Source: Takakia lepidozioides (Eukaryota; Plantae; Bryophyta). Taken from it: DNA of 64,000 nt. Shown here in pieces: positions 38,701 to 51,010 of this stretch. A program made the translations under genes and the position numbers. The stretch is taken from NCBI GenBank assembly GCA_030704615.1, contig CM060732.1, positions 1,736,001 through 1,800,000 on the forward strand, in the 5' to 3' direction. Each line of letters starts with the position of its first letter. Positions within the stretch are counted from its first letter, which is position 1. Under the pieces are notes generated by a model. It searched no databases and was not told the origin of the DNA. It saw only the letters and a program-made list of their open reading frames with translations.

Positions 38701-40582
38701 CTGACAACATCAGCCCCATCCAAGCTGTAAATGCTAGCACAAACAGCTGAAGGTTGCGAGAGCTCAATCTTTTGGTGCGAGTAAAGTGCACATTTAAAGC
38801 AAAAGAGCTCTGGATTGTCAGGATTGCCCTTTGTGCATTATACTAGATGAACACTGCTAAAGCCGCTAAATTTTGGTTGGAGCTGCTGATAATTGTTGAT
38901 CAAACAACAACACATAAATGGAACCAGCCACTAACACCAAATGTAACAAAAACCATAACTGACATATCTGTACCCACAGGGCTTCCTCCCCCACGCACAG
39001 AGTGAGTGCAACAGAAAGAGGCAGACCTTGCCAATGTACACTTTCGGGAGATCCTCCTGCTCAGTCTCATCATCTCCCTCGTCATTTTTTCTTGTTACAT
39101 ATTTGGTGACATCAACGTACAAAGGAGCAGAGTACGTGAGATTGCGAAGCCTTGCAGCTTTGGGAAAGAGTGTCGCAGTCTCTCCATCAGACTCCGTCAT
39201 CATGGGTTTGCTGAGATAAATTTGGCCAAAATTGATCTTGTACGTTACCTAACAACCAGCAAGTCAACAGTTGCATCAGCCCCGTATTCAGAAATCTGAC
39301 TGAAACGTCACAAGGCATGACAAGAGAACAGGTGAGGTCAAATTCCTGTCGGATGGGTATGGGGAGCTTATGCCACTTTAGGTTACTGCATGTATACAAG
39401 TCCATGTTCCTTAAAAATGCTATCTAAACACTATCTGCCACTCTTCTTCCTTGTCACCAGTGTTCTTCAACTTCAAGCCAGCTGGATACCTATGCTAGAA
39501 CAAACTCTAACTACCAAAATTGCTTGTCCGTTATATAGTCATCAAAGACATCCCAGAATACCAGAGGAGAACCCTAGATCATTGGTACACCTAACAATAT
39601 AAACTCAGGCAGGCAAGCAACAATCACACCTGAGGGCATAACTACCGAAATGCTTCTGTAACTGTCATCAAAGATGAGTTCAAAGCCCTGATGAGACCCT
39701 ACAAGTATCCCAACGTTGGACGAATCCTAAGCCTCCCTAGGGTTTTAGACGTGATTTGACATAGAGTAATGTAGTCTCATGCAGCTCATGGATGCCAGTA
39801 AAGTGCTGTTAGATAGGAAATTGCTACAGCTTCACAATGAAACCATGACATGGTGATCACAAACAACGCTACAACTCCTAGAGAAGATGCAAGTCTACCC
39901 TGTTTCAGTCGGAATCTCCAAGACATCAGCATGACCACGCAGTAGTAATATTATGCATAAGAAGATTGCTGCAAACTGCAAACATCGCCACGAAACAACT
40001 ACTGGAGCGCTTCCTCTGTAGAAAATCTGAAACTACAAAACCCTAAGGAGCTGAACGACTGCAGTTTCAGGACACTAAGCTCGTTCACATGAAAGGAACG
40101 TCTTCCGGAGTAGACTTCTTAAAAGATTGAAGAAGTTATGTTACCCTACTCACCAACCGCTGAAGTGAACGAAAGAGTCCCAATACAGAAGTTAAGACTT
40201 CTACTGACAACGTTGCCACACGGCATAGCCGGATTCCTATTGAACCCTTCCCTCCGCCCCCTCCTTAGCTACCGCATAAAATGCGATCAACCCACAAACG
40301 CACCAGCCCTAACACAGACCCGCACGTAGAGAGAAAACAGAAAATAACCTCGCTATAATCCGCGCTGCGGCCTGGATTGTGTTGAGACTCAGGGCGAATT
40401 TCAATATCTGAAGATTCATCGACGATCTCCTGCATGGTGTTCTGGATAAACTCATCAAACGAATCCAGCTGCTGCCGCACCAGTCCCTTCTCTTCGAAGT
40501 AGGCACTGATGACAGCCCATGCATCCTCCTGCGTGATCTCCTCTTCCTCCTCATCATACTCCTCTTCATCCCCTCCATACAT
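29790..40582 (-). CDS. NRPB2: DNA-directed RNA polymerase II second-largest subunit (RPB2)
   Basis: 25 GT-AG exons spliced manually: 40582-40349, 39248-39027, 38700-38410, 37619-37422, 37332-37268, 37041-36955, 36830-36710, 36528-36484, 35855-35718, 35351-35279, 35146-35070, 34925-34818, 34728-34612, 34428-34273, 34151-34050, 33729-33604, 33397-33320, 33126-33031, 32815-32700, 32324-32255, 31980-31927, 31637-31494, 31295-30996, 30645-30223, 29909-29790. Total 3561 nt, 1186 aa. Motifs [51 protein letters not shown]. Confidence 0.97.
37740..37763. repeat. (CA)n microsatellite in an NRPB2 intron
   Basis: About 11-12 CA units read directly. Confidence 0.9.
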
Positions 40583-40839
40583 CTTGTTCTCCTACGCACC
40601 AGCAATATATTCTCTTCCCCCTCCTTTCCCTTCAGGTAAGCTGCTCAGCGTTGTATCAGCAAGGCTGGGCGCAGAGGGGCCGGGACACGGAAGCTCACTC
40701 GGCAACAAGCCCTTCCCTGTCTCGCCGCTGGGGTTTTATTCTGAGATGCACATGCATGCATGTATCCATCCGTCGCTCATGTGGGTATACATAGATACCT
40801 ATGAATGTCTCCCTAATAGAGAACAGCATGGGAGTTGAA

Positions 40840-41778
40840 TGCGCGCGTGCCAGAGCGTGGGCCCCGCTCCCCGGCTTCCGGCAACCTGCCGGTCTGCCAG
40901 TCAAATCCCCCCCCCCCCCAGCCCGCACGCGCGCCCCCCGTCGCCCGGCCCGCCCGACCGCCCGCTCCCCCGCGACTATGCTCCCCTGTTTCGCCCCCCT
41001 CCTCCGCTCCCATGTGTCTCCAGTCCCCTGCTCCGCTCCCCCCCCTCCGTTCCCTTGTTTTGCTCCCCGATGTACAACGCAGAGACACGTGGCTCTATCT
41101 TCACCGTTCATTGGACTATAAATAAGTGTATCGCTTAGGGTTCAGGCCCTTTTGAAGATTGATTGTTTTGTGCGGCTACCTTCCAACACCGGCCTGCTTC
41201 CACCACATCAGCAATCCCTCAGCGTTCCCTGCTCGTCAGCTTACCAGGAGCTCTGGTATTGTGCTACTACTGGATTGTCTTATTTGTGTGATGTGCGACC
41301 ACTTCCTGGTCTGTTGGCATTCATACGCAATGTCCCCTTATGTTCCAAAAGGCCTGCTAGTCTTCTGGATATTACAGTAGGCTCTCCATCACTGCCAAGT
41401 GAGGTTCGAAAGAGTCATGGTGCTTTCCATTTCATAATGAGGCATTATGCACAGACGGCAGGAGGCTGAGAAGTTGTTGCTCTTTTACCCGTGCTCGTGC
41501 TCTAGTTTCGAGTTTGTGCTTCATCGAATATGGGTCCTGCTGGATTGTCTTCCGTTACTTTGTGATCTGCGACCACTTCCAGGCCTCTTGACGTTCTCAC
41601 GTAATGCGTGACGATGGGAGGATGTCCGTAAGTTGTCGCCCTCCACGCAAATCACCGTTTACCTTGCTCCCCTGTTCCGCTCCCCTACACCTCCCCCCTG
41701 TATATCTGCTCCCATTTTCCGTGCCCCCCGCCGTGCTCTCGCACGCGTTGCCCTCGCTCCCCTGTTCCGCTCCCCACG
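40840..41778. repeat. GC-rich region upstream of NRPB2 with repeated GCTCCCCTGTT(C/T)CGC(T/C)CCCC motif
   Basis: Motif at ~40980, ~41025 (variant), ~41667 and ~41756, in CpG-rich flanks. Could be a promoter or transposon subterminal repeats. Confidence 0.45.
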
Positions 41779-42282
41779 TGTCGCGGCCCTTTGCCTTAAG
41801 GACGGGGGGTCGGGACACAAGAGGGGCTGCCCCTGTGGTGGGGGTAGCGGCAGCAAATAGGAAAGGGGGGCTGAAGCACCCTTGAGTGCCGAAGGCACTC
41901 AAGGTGGCGGAGGCGCTCACTAGGTGGAGCCTCGCAAACCGGGTTACGGTGGTGGGGGTTCCATGAGGGGTGGTGGTAGCTTAGGGAGTAGTAACCCCGA
42001 GAACGGTGCAAGCCCGTTGGTGACCAAAAACTAGTGAGTAAGCGTGCAAGCCGGAAAGCGACCAAGGTGTGGGGAGCTATTCCGGACTGCCATCTACCAA
42101 AGGGAATTTCCACTAGGCCCAAAGTGATGGAGGGTCTTTTGGAGGCGCAAGGGGGACCGTTATGCCCCGGTGAGCAGCTAAAGCTCCGAGTTGGCCCGAT
42201 AACCAGTTTGGGAGTTAGGTGTGCGCATCAAAACGAGTAACTATGACTTAAAAGGGAGTTTACCGAAGTGAGGTGTGCGACA
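41779..42282 (+). mobile_element. 5' LTR (TGTCGC...GCGACA) of a truncated LTR retrotransposon
   Basis: Terminal inverted repeat, PBS immediately downstream, short ORF start MGSGKTKRKR at 42338, and a homologous LTR at 63520. Confidence 0.9.
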
Positions 42283-42284
42283 CT

Positions 42285-42296
42285 TGGTATCAGAGC
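42285..42296 (+). promoter_or_regulatory. Primer-binding site complementary to tRNA-iMet
   Basis: TGGTATCAGAGC, 2 nt after the LTR's CA end. Confidence 0.92.
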
Positions 42297-43699
42297 TTAG
42301 AGTTCAGTACGCGATCGTCCTTGAGATCAACCTCACCATGGGGTCGGGCAAGACAAAGCGGAAGCGGAATGGCCCGAAAGACGATGATCCCAGTGAGCCT
42401 GGTGGGGGCGACGTGTTACCGACACTAGAAGCATTCGTGTCTTTTTCAAATCGACTGCATGTCCGCGACCACTCCGGGAACCACTTGGTAGTAAACGAGA
42501 CTACTGGAGAGTCGAAACAGACAAAATTTGAAAAAGCCAAAATTGCAAGTGGTTGTAATTACTGCACATGCGACTACAAATTTTCATTCCTAATTCGATT
42601 AATGGAATAAAGATATTTATTCATTAAAGTGAATATGTAGTCGACTCAACGACTCCATGAACCACTGCGCATTCATTGCACCCATGACTCGGCAGCACAT
42701 TTGCTGACGTGGCTTTCACAAAAAGAGGTAAACAAAATGTGGCCTTGGGGGAATAGATATTTTAATACATGTTGCCTCCACCTGGCCTGTCTGGCAAGGA
42801 TGCAAGTGCTGCGTCGGACATGGCGGAACGTGGGAATGCAAATCCTGACACGGCAAGGCCTTCGTATACTGTGAGCGCGCGTAGTGGCTTCTCAGAACGG
42901 TGTGACATCGGGTTCTTGGTCATTCAACATTTACAGAATGTGCTGGATGGAGGCACGATGGAGCGCACGGAGAGGTAAAGGCTGAAAGCGTTCATTAAGG
43001 TTGTGAACTACAATTATATCATGCCAAAACAGTTTTTCGGTACACAGATGGTGTCATGAGAGATTCTGCGATTTGCGTATAGGTGGACTTAATTTTGATG
43101 TTGACTTGAAGGCAAATATGACACCAGTGAAATTGGAAACTACAGGTAAGATGATGGCGTGTTACATCGCGACATAAACCTGCATTTGACATTCAGGCTT
43201 AGGATTCATGCAATTTGGTGCTACTCAGGCCTGCACAGTTCCAGAGCAGAAGTGGGAGCCCATCCTAGGGATAGGGACCTCGTAAGTGCTTCTTCATTTT
43301 GTACTCACCTTGTTTTTGCATCGCACTTGTGCTACAAGGGGTAGAGCCATTCGTTTGGCTGGAGGTTCAATTCCTCTACAAGTGAGCTATTCCCGTGTCA
43401 CTACAATCAGTTAGATGTGTTTGTGGTGGTTGCTGGATTTGCGGCTCTGGGGTGTCTTGCCAAGTGCTTGCAAGGATCAACGTTAATGTGGACGGGGCAG
43501 TACATGTAGCATAAAAGCTCATTCACTGGTGAAGAAGACCATGTGCGAACATATGTCATGTTATTGCTTCGAGAGTGCTGCTGTTGGGCAGGTGGGAGAA
43601 TGGAACAACGGTGAGAAAGAAAGCAAGGGAAGCACAAAAAGGTGTCGTTCGGTCCTGCTCCTTTGGAGACACCCCCCATTCCACTGGTCTTTGTTCCTG

Positions 43700-46600
43700 G
43701 AAACCCGTACTCATCCCGTTTCATGGTGGCATTCTCTCCTACCATATTGGCTTTTACCCAAGAACAACGGAATAGAATTGGCTTCACAAGACCATAGTCT
43801 AGTTTAAGGATCTCTTTGATCACTCCTACATATTGCACATGGCATGAAATTGGATTCCGATCTCGTGCACAACTCCTACTCTCTTGTTCAAAAAATGATG
43901 CCACTCCGCTGTCATAAGTCACCAGGAGGCTGGTGTTGGCATCGTCCACTCTATAGTGATTGCCATATGCTTTCATTGACCGGTACGAAGTGGCAATCAG
44001 CCCTGGGGGGAATGACAGACTCACCATGCCCTCATCTGGGTCCTCGTTCTCTGATGCGTACACTGCAATTGCAGATCTGACCCACACTGTAAAGGGCTGC
44101 AGCTCCTCCATTGTTGTTGGTTCTCCACCGGGGATCTGCGCCTACGACCGCCCCTCCGCCATGCTTTTGCAAATGCTCTCCGTTCCGTTTTCAGGCGGAC
44201 CTTCTCCGCTGCGTATTTTCTGGCAGAAACCAAATAGAAGCTGCAACTCAGTCCCCCTGACCAACACTATACTGTACATGCATGCCACATGTAGAGTGTG
44301 TCCTTTCAAGTACATTGTAGTGATGCAGCCTACTTCATGATCATTTGCAAGCAACAACACCAACTACGAAACACCCTCTGTTGTCGTCTGAAGCACCCTG
44401 TTAGTACACGATCCCACTCCCATAGTGGCCGGAATGACTTGTGACAATATATATGTAATTCATGCATACAAAGACCATTAAGAATAGCACAGGAGGGATG
44501 TAAAGTTTACACCCACTGTCTCCATGGTGTCATGGTTGTTGTGTTGTTCAGCACATAATCATGTGCCACATCCCGAAGGCGCGGGCTCATGGCACGCTTT
44601 GTTCCACCACCTTCTAGGACCTCGCCTACAACTCCTTCTTTCTCGTTCTCGTCCCACACCCGTCGTTGTATTGCATCAAATGAATACATATACTCTGTCA
44701 TGAAGCCCAGGGCTTCGTCGCGGATGTAGCCCTCAGCCATACTCCCCTCTGGACGTGCCATGTTGCGTACATACCCCTTCAGATCCTTCATGTACCTCTC
44801 CATGGGGTACATCCAACGGCTGGCTACGGGCCCACACACATGCAGCTCCTCTACAAGATGCACTAGCAAGTGCGTCATGACGTCAAAGAATGATGGAGAG
44901 AATTCTTTCTCCAGCAAACATAGGGTCACAGCCACATCCTCATGCAGCGATGTAATGTCCATCGGGATCCCACACCTTCGCACAAATCTTCCTAAACACT
45001 CGACTTACACGCATTATGGCTGTTCGAGGACCCGACGCCATCGTACCCCGAATGCACACTGGCAAAATCTATTGCATCATCACGTGTAGATCATGTGACT
45101 TCATCCCCTACCATTTCTTGTTTATGGCATGCTTTTGGAAAGCACCCGAGAATCCGGTTGGCACTTTCATGGCTCCCAATGTCTTCAAAAATTCCTCTTG
45201 CTCTGATTTGGTCAGGACGTATGATGCTGCTGGCATGAGCACTTTGCCTGGTCTATTTGGATCAGGCCTTAGCCACAGATGTGACCGTATCCCTTCAATC
45301 TCCATGTCCTTTCGTACGTTTATCGTATCCTTCTCCCCAAAGATAGTCTTCAGAATGTTCTCGCAGAAGTTCTTCTCACAATGCATGGGGTCAAGGAGGT
45401 ACCGCTGCAAGAGGTTCTGAAATGCCAAATGTCCTCCCATGAGACCAAGTTCTATGGGCAAAAATAGTAGAATATGTGGCAGAAGTTGTCCATGTTACTA
45501 CATTCTGCTTTCAACAACTGCACGATCCTCTACACAGTGAGGTGTACGACTTCAACATCTACTGCATAGTAGTTACACTGACTTAGGAGTTGGTGGAAGG
45601 ACTCCTGATAGTAAAGGTAATTCCAGGAAGCACAATGTGAAAGAAAGTGAGTGAATGGGGGGGGGGGATTCATGCACCTTCCAGTATGGCAAATCCCAAA
45701 GGATTGTCCGGCGCTTCATCCCGTGCGACATGGCTGGATCCGCACTACTTCCTTCTCTCCCTCCAATCTCCATGAACGCCTCTTTCTCCTTTGCAAATTG
45801 CAATGTCTCCTCCGGTGTCACAGCATTTGGTGCCATTCTCTTTTCAACACATCCATTGAAGTGTCGGCCTGCTCGTCGGTAGGGGTGGTTTCTTACAAGG
45901 TAACGTCGATGCCCCATGTATATTGTCTTCCCTAATGGCTTTGAGTGCCGTGAATCCACATAGGGCCCACAAATGGGGCACCCTTTGTAGCCCTTCGTCT
46001 TGCAACCCGCAACAAGGCCATATGCGGGGAAATCGTGGATTGACCACATGAGTATGGCACGGAGGGTGAAACTTCGTTGCCCTACTGGTTTCAAAATGTC
46101 GTAAGCTTCAACTCCAATCCATAGTTCCTGTAGCTCTTCAATCAATGGTTGCAAATACACATCTATGTTTGCATTTGTCACGGACTCCTTGCCTGGAATC
46201 AAGAGAGACAACCTGACAAAGAATTTCTTTGTTGTCAACCATGGTGGCAGGTTGTATGCCACCAACTGCACGGGCCATGTGGACCATGTGCAACTCTTTG
46301 ATCCGTATGGGTTTACTCCATCCGTAGATACAGCCAATCGCACATTGCGTGGGTCCTCGGCGAAATCGGGCCAAGTTGCATCTATATGCTTCCATGCAAG
46401 GGAATTTGGGACATACCTTACCAAACCATCGTTTGAGGCATTCCTGGAATGCCAAGTCATGAGCTCACTAATGGTCTTGCATTTGTACATTCGTAATAGA
46501 CGGGGGATAAGGGGAAAGTGCCTCAACACCTTGGCTGGCTGTTGTAACCTGCCCACATCATGGTATCGGGCTGCACCGCATTTGGGGCACTCCATAGCGT

Positions 46601-47423
46601 CCTTGTACTCTCTTCTGAAAAGTACATGTCCTTTTGGACATGCATGTATCTTCACGTAGTTGAGGCCGAGCTTCCAATCATTTTGTTGGCCATGTGACAG
46701 TTTTTTGGCATTTCATTTGGTTGTGGAAGCAAGTTCAGCCAAAGCAAAGAGAACAACTCGTCCACAAAATGGTCTGACACACCGTGGGTTGTGCACAGGT
46801 TCATCAACAACATGCTGGCAGCAAGCTTTGTGGATTTGCATCCCTCGTACAGTGGCACACATGCTTCTTCTAGTGTCATGTGTGCAGAATTCTCATTTCC
46901 ATCTCCACCTCCTTCCACGCCTTCCCCACGTGAATGCCTTCATTTCCTACGTCATCACCATCCCCAGTTATCGCAGCGCCGTCCCCTCTTCAGCATCGTC
47001 CATGATGTGGAATGCTTCCTGCAACATTCGAGTAATCTCCACCCCTCCGTCCATGCCTGGTTCCTGTCCTGCGCCCATGACATAGTCCTCGTCCGGCCTG
47101 TCTGTATGGCTCCCTCGGGGGTGTGCATTGTCCAATTGTGCCCACTCCTCATTGTCTTCGTCTGCAGGTCCATCTCCAATCCACACCCGAAATGCTTCAT
47201 GTCTTTTGTGGTGAAGGAGATGTGTGCGCACACTGTCCTCAGATCTACTTGTAGTGCCCAAACAACGTTCACATGGGCATGGCATCCTTGAAAGCCCAAG
47301 GGCTCGGGCACGTGCCACTTCTCTTTCCCACAACCTGTCATCCCGGTTGTTCTGTCTACAGGGGTGATTAATTGGAAGTCCTCCGCATGGGCGAGGGGAA
47401 CTCATTTCTGTTGGGGAACTCAA
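43700..47423 (-). mobile_element. CACTA (En/Spm) TnpD-type transposase gene, degenerate, with introns
   Basis: MPCPCERC N-terminal domain; KIHACP..CPKCG..VLRHFPLIPRL, PRNVRLAVSTDGVNPY, STWPV, YNLPPW, IDVYLQPLIEEL, IHDFPAYG (Transposase_21); DPMHCEKN; FFDVMTHLLVHL..RWMYPMER..RPEGSMAEGY (DUF4218); YVGVIKEILKLDY..LFRCSWV (DUF4216). Confidence 0.92.
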
Positions 47424-47974
47424 GACAGACAGGAGAGAGAAGTGGGTCTATGGGCATATCAGAATTACAAGAGCACACCAAAAGACTGGAGATTTGTTCC
47501 ATCTATGCACCTTCGGTACAGATGGTGAAGAGAGGCAAAGGCCGTGTGGGGAAGTACATACATCAACTCCCCCAACTGCACGAACTATTGGGCCCCTTGT
47601 TCTCTTCCATGGTATGCTCTGCCCCAATCCAAACACCCTGAATTCTCCATTGTTGCTACTGCAGCCTGCTTTCATTCACATCAACAGCATGTCAAGGGCG
47701 TCACAAGAACTTCCTATAGGAAATGTGACAGTTTATGGGAGAGGAGATATGTCAATCATATCTTCATTTACCAGGAAAGATGATAACCCCATCCCCACCT
47801 CACAGCCAACAATCTCCACGACGCCAGACTTTCATATGTCAGCATGCACCTGTTTTGACCTTCTGGCAGGCTGGCCCACACCTTCGAAGTAACACAAACG
47901 GATATGACCTGGTCAAATTTCCCCTTTTCAGCCTCAACAACACTCCCTGTGCCTAGCTGTAGAAGAGGGCAAGC

Positions 47975-48565
47975 AGGTCTTCGGATATTCTCAGCAAGGG
48001 CATGGCAAAGATGCTCTGCAACTTTTCAACCAAGTTTTGAAACAGCAAGGGATGAAGCCAAATGATGTTACACTCATTGCAGTTCTGTCTGCATGCAGCC
48101 ATATGGGCCTAGTAGATGAAGGACAACACTATTTCCATTCTATGAGAAGAGATTATAGATTGTACTCATAAGACGTTGTATGCCGTAGCCTTGTGGCCAT
48201 TGACCCTGCGCCCAGTTTGAGCGGGAACAAAAGGAACAGAACCTACCTCCGTCAGGGGCTGACGGTGGTAGTAAGACTTACCATCATATAAGGAATTAAT
48301 CCGGGTTTTCCAGATATCCTCTAGAAAACCCTTCACACAAGCATCAATCTGTTGTGTGTGATAATAGAATCATTCCAACAGGAAAACATTTTGGCTGCAT
48401 GGTTGACCTTATTGGCCGTGCAGGGCGCTTGGATGAGGCGGAGAATTTCATCAACAGAATGCCAATTAAACCAGATGCTTTAGTGTGGGGCTTTACTTGG
48501 TGCCTGCAGAATACATGGCAATGTGAAGCTAGCAGAGCGTGCTGCAGAATGTTGTCTCAAAGGTG
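47975..48565 (+). pseudogene. PLS-PPR C-terminal fragment (P2-L2-S2-E), interrupted by a LINE tail
   Basis: GYSQQGHGKDALQLF..GMKPNDVTLIAVLSACSHMGLVDEGQHYFHSMRRDY | [41 protein letters not shown] / [19 protein letters not shown]. Confidence 0.9.
48160..48363 (-). mobile_element. 204-bp 5'-truncated LINE 3' end with ATAGA target-site duplication
   Basis: The reverse complement matches ~52049-52150 of the LINE ORF. ATAGA flanks it at 48155-48159 and 48364-48368. Confidence 0.85.
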
Positions 48566-49859
48566 AAAAGTTTCAGATGCAGACATACGGTGTGACATTT
48601 CTGGTAGTCAGTGAAGGACCAAAAGTGAGGAAAGAGATATGTGTATCACGTCTGTGGGATTCCTGAAGGGCCACAAGGAGTAGAACAACAAACAAATAAC
48701 CATAGAAGGGCCCACAAAGAGTCAGAGAACTATTCAAGGCTAATATCGGTTCATTGTTGCAACTGGCCCCACCATCTGACCTTGAATTTATGTCGTCGGG
48801 AGCTTAAGGAACGAATGCCAAACTCGCCCCGAACAGCCACATTGGCTGTTTTGGAGCATGTTGACATGCACATGAAAACCGTGTCAAGGGCTTGGTGTCA
48901 ATTGTGCTAAGAGATCAGCTAGTGAGTCGAGGTAACCCTCCCCGTGATTGTGAAAAAGAAGACATACCGAGTCATTTTCTTATCCAAGCATATATTAACC
49001 ATGATAGATGAGACCTTTAGTTTTTGGATGGATAATAGACAATGCCGCTTTTAAGGACATTGACCATCCTACCAGGACTACCTCTCATTTGCTTGAAGCC
49101 TGGACCGCAATAAGACATTGAGGATATGAACTGTTCAAGCATTACAAAAAATGAAAGAAACAAAGAAACTGTATGATGTCCACTGGAGATTACAGAACAA
49201 GCCTGCATAACAGGCCAACCAAATGTCAGTTGTGTGAATCACTACATCTAGTTGTCTGGAGGCTGTAAGTGGTTTAGGGTTTAACGTCTCAAAGTGAAAA
49301 GGCCATAGTGTCGGATGCACGACACGTGTTCATATTTGAAATCAACAACGGCCGGATCTTCACCTTGAGCTCGGGGGGTGTGTGATCACACTCCCTCCTT
49401 GTCCTTCTTTCCTCCTTTGCATGTCTTGCGTCTTTGTCTTGCTCATGGTCTATGTCCTCGCTCGTCTTCATCTTTGTCATGGTCTATGTCCACGCCTAGT
49501 AAGAAGCGGTCGACCGCCGAGGCAGCATCACCTCCTCCCACTTGTGCACATTCCAGCCCCGCGGTGCGAAGGAGCCCCCGCCTGGCTCGACTGAATCTGG
49601 TACAGATGGCGTCGGTGCGAGAGGGAAGACAGAGCAGTGGGCGGTCTTCCAGTTCGGATTTTGACACAAGCGACTATAGCATGGGCGACGACGATGAGGT
49701 GGAGGACAGTTCGGCGGAAATTGCACCTCCATCTGCAGAGTCTTTCCAAAAGGTGCGCAAACGGCACAAACCCGCTACGCATGAGGTGAGTTCTACCCCT
49801 ACTTCTGTTCATGTTCTATGGGCGTTGAGTTCTCCTGAAACTGAAACTGGGATGCACAT

Positions 49860-50990
49860 ATCCATAAAGTTGTTCAATCGGATCTCGTAGTATAGAGGGC
49901 AGTAGAAGAAGAAGTGTTCTTCAGTTTCAATTTCCTTGCTGCGCCCTATGCAAGCTGGACATAGGCGGTCCTCCCGTTGCAGGTTTTCCCATCTGCCAGT
50001 CTCTATCCGTAGGTTGTGGGAACCCACCCTGAACTGCCCCAATGCCCTCAGGAGGGAAGGAGCTAAGGGTGCTGAAAGGTAATTTGGTCTCAAGATTCTA
50101 TCATCGCGGAGCACCAAGAATGTCTCTCGATAGAAGTGGAGCTTTGTTGTGAGATTGGGTAGCATCCAAGTTCTCTTCACATGTAATTCCATAAGCTCTC
50201 TCCGAATGAGTCTGTTGCGGTCATGTGTGGATGTGATGTCCACCTCATCTGGTTCATTGGTAATAGGAAAGTAGTAGAAAGTCCGTTACGTTGAAATAAA
50301 CTGTCCACTCGAGCATACCAGGAGTTCCCGAAACCTGCAGCTTTGAGCCTCATAGATGTTGTGAGGGCCCTTGCTACTAGCCCTTTGGGTGGAAGGGCCT
50401 GCAATCTATTCCTCACAGATTGTAAGCCTGAACTGTGCCTCGGATTGCAATGGTACACATGCGAACTCTGCACCTAGGATCTGAGAGGGAGTTGTGCTCC
50501 TGGCGCCAAGCATTACTTGGAGAAAAGATGACTGTAATGGTTCCAAAATCTTTTCCCACCAGGAGACAGGGACACCAGGTGCCCAGAACTCACAACCATA
50601 GATGGTAGCAGGGCTGACGACGGTGTCAAACAGACACTTTTTGGTCGGGGGATGCCGCACATGTATTTGCTTGCATTTGGCGTGAAGGCGGACGGAGACC
50701 GCCTTACCTTTAGTCAATCTGTCCAAGGCAGTGGCTGCAAAGTGAAACTTGGGGGAGTGGATAACCAGACCTAGGTAGCGGTATGATTTGACAATCTCAA
50801 TTTCCTGCTGGTTGAAGATGAATCTACGATCAGCCTGGCCATTGAAGACCATGATCTTGGTCTTGCTAAGATTGACTTGCATCCCATAGTCTTTGCAGAA
50901 CTGTTCCAAAATTTAGAGATGGTGTTGCAGAAAGACCGGGGATTGTGCCAAAAGGGCAACATCATCAGCGTAGAGGAGATGTGATTGGGC
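49860..50990 (-). mobile_element. LINE ORF2 3' half (RT from YADD onward plus C-terminal zinc finger), degenerate
   Basis: HLLYADDVALLA, MQVNLSKTKIMVF, YRYLGL, YGCEFW, FRVGSHNLRIETGRW, RLCPAC..ETEEHFFFYCPLY. Confidence 0.9.
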
Positions 50991-51010
50991 AGAAAATGAA
51001 GTTAGGCAGA

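Noticed and set aside
40695-41140. Overlapping Pro/Arg/Gly-rich ORFs upstream of NRPB2
   Set aside because: These are by-products of very high GC content and show no domain signal.
43399-43406. CACTACAA as the terminus of the TnpD element
   Set aside because: No subterminal repeats or partner end are visible; it may be a chance match.
48160-48363. Hairpin-rich insert as a ribozyme or ncRNA
   Set aside because: It is explained as the 3' end of the LINE at 51011-52150, and I found no complete hammerhead core.
49487-49790. Ser-rich exon-like ORF (MSTPSKKRS...HE followed by GTGAG)
   Set aside because: It is a plausible first exon cut by the LINE, but low complexity and unassignable, so it is not called as a gene.
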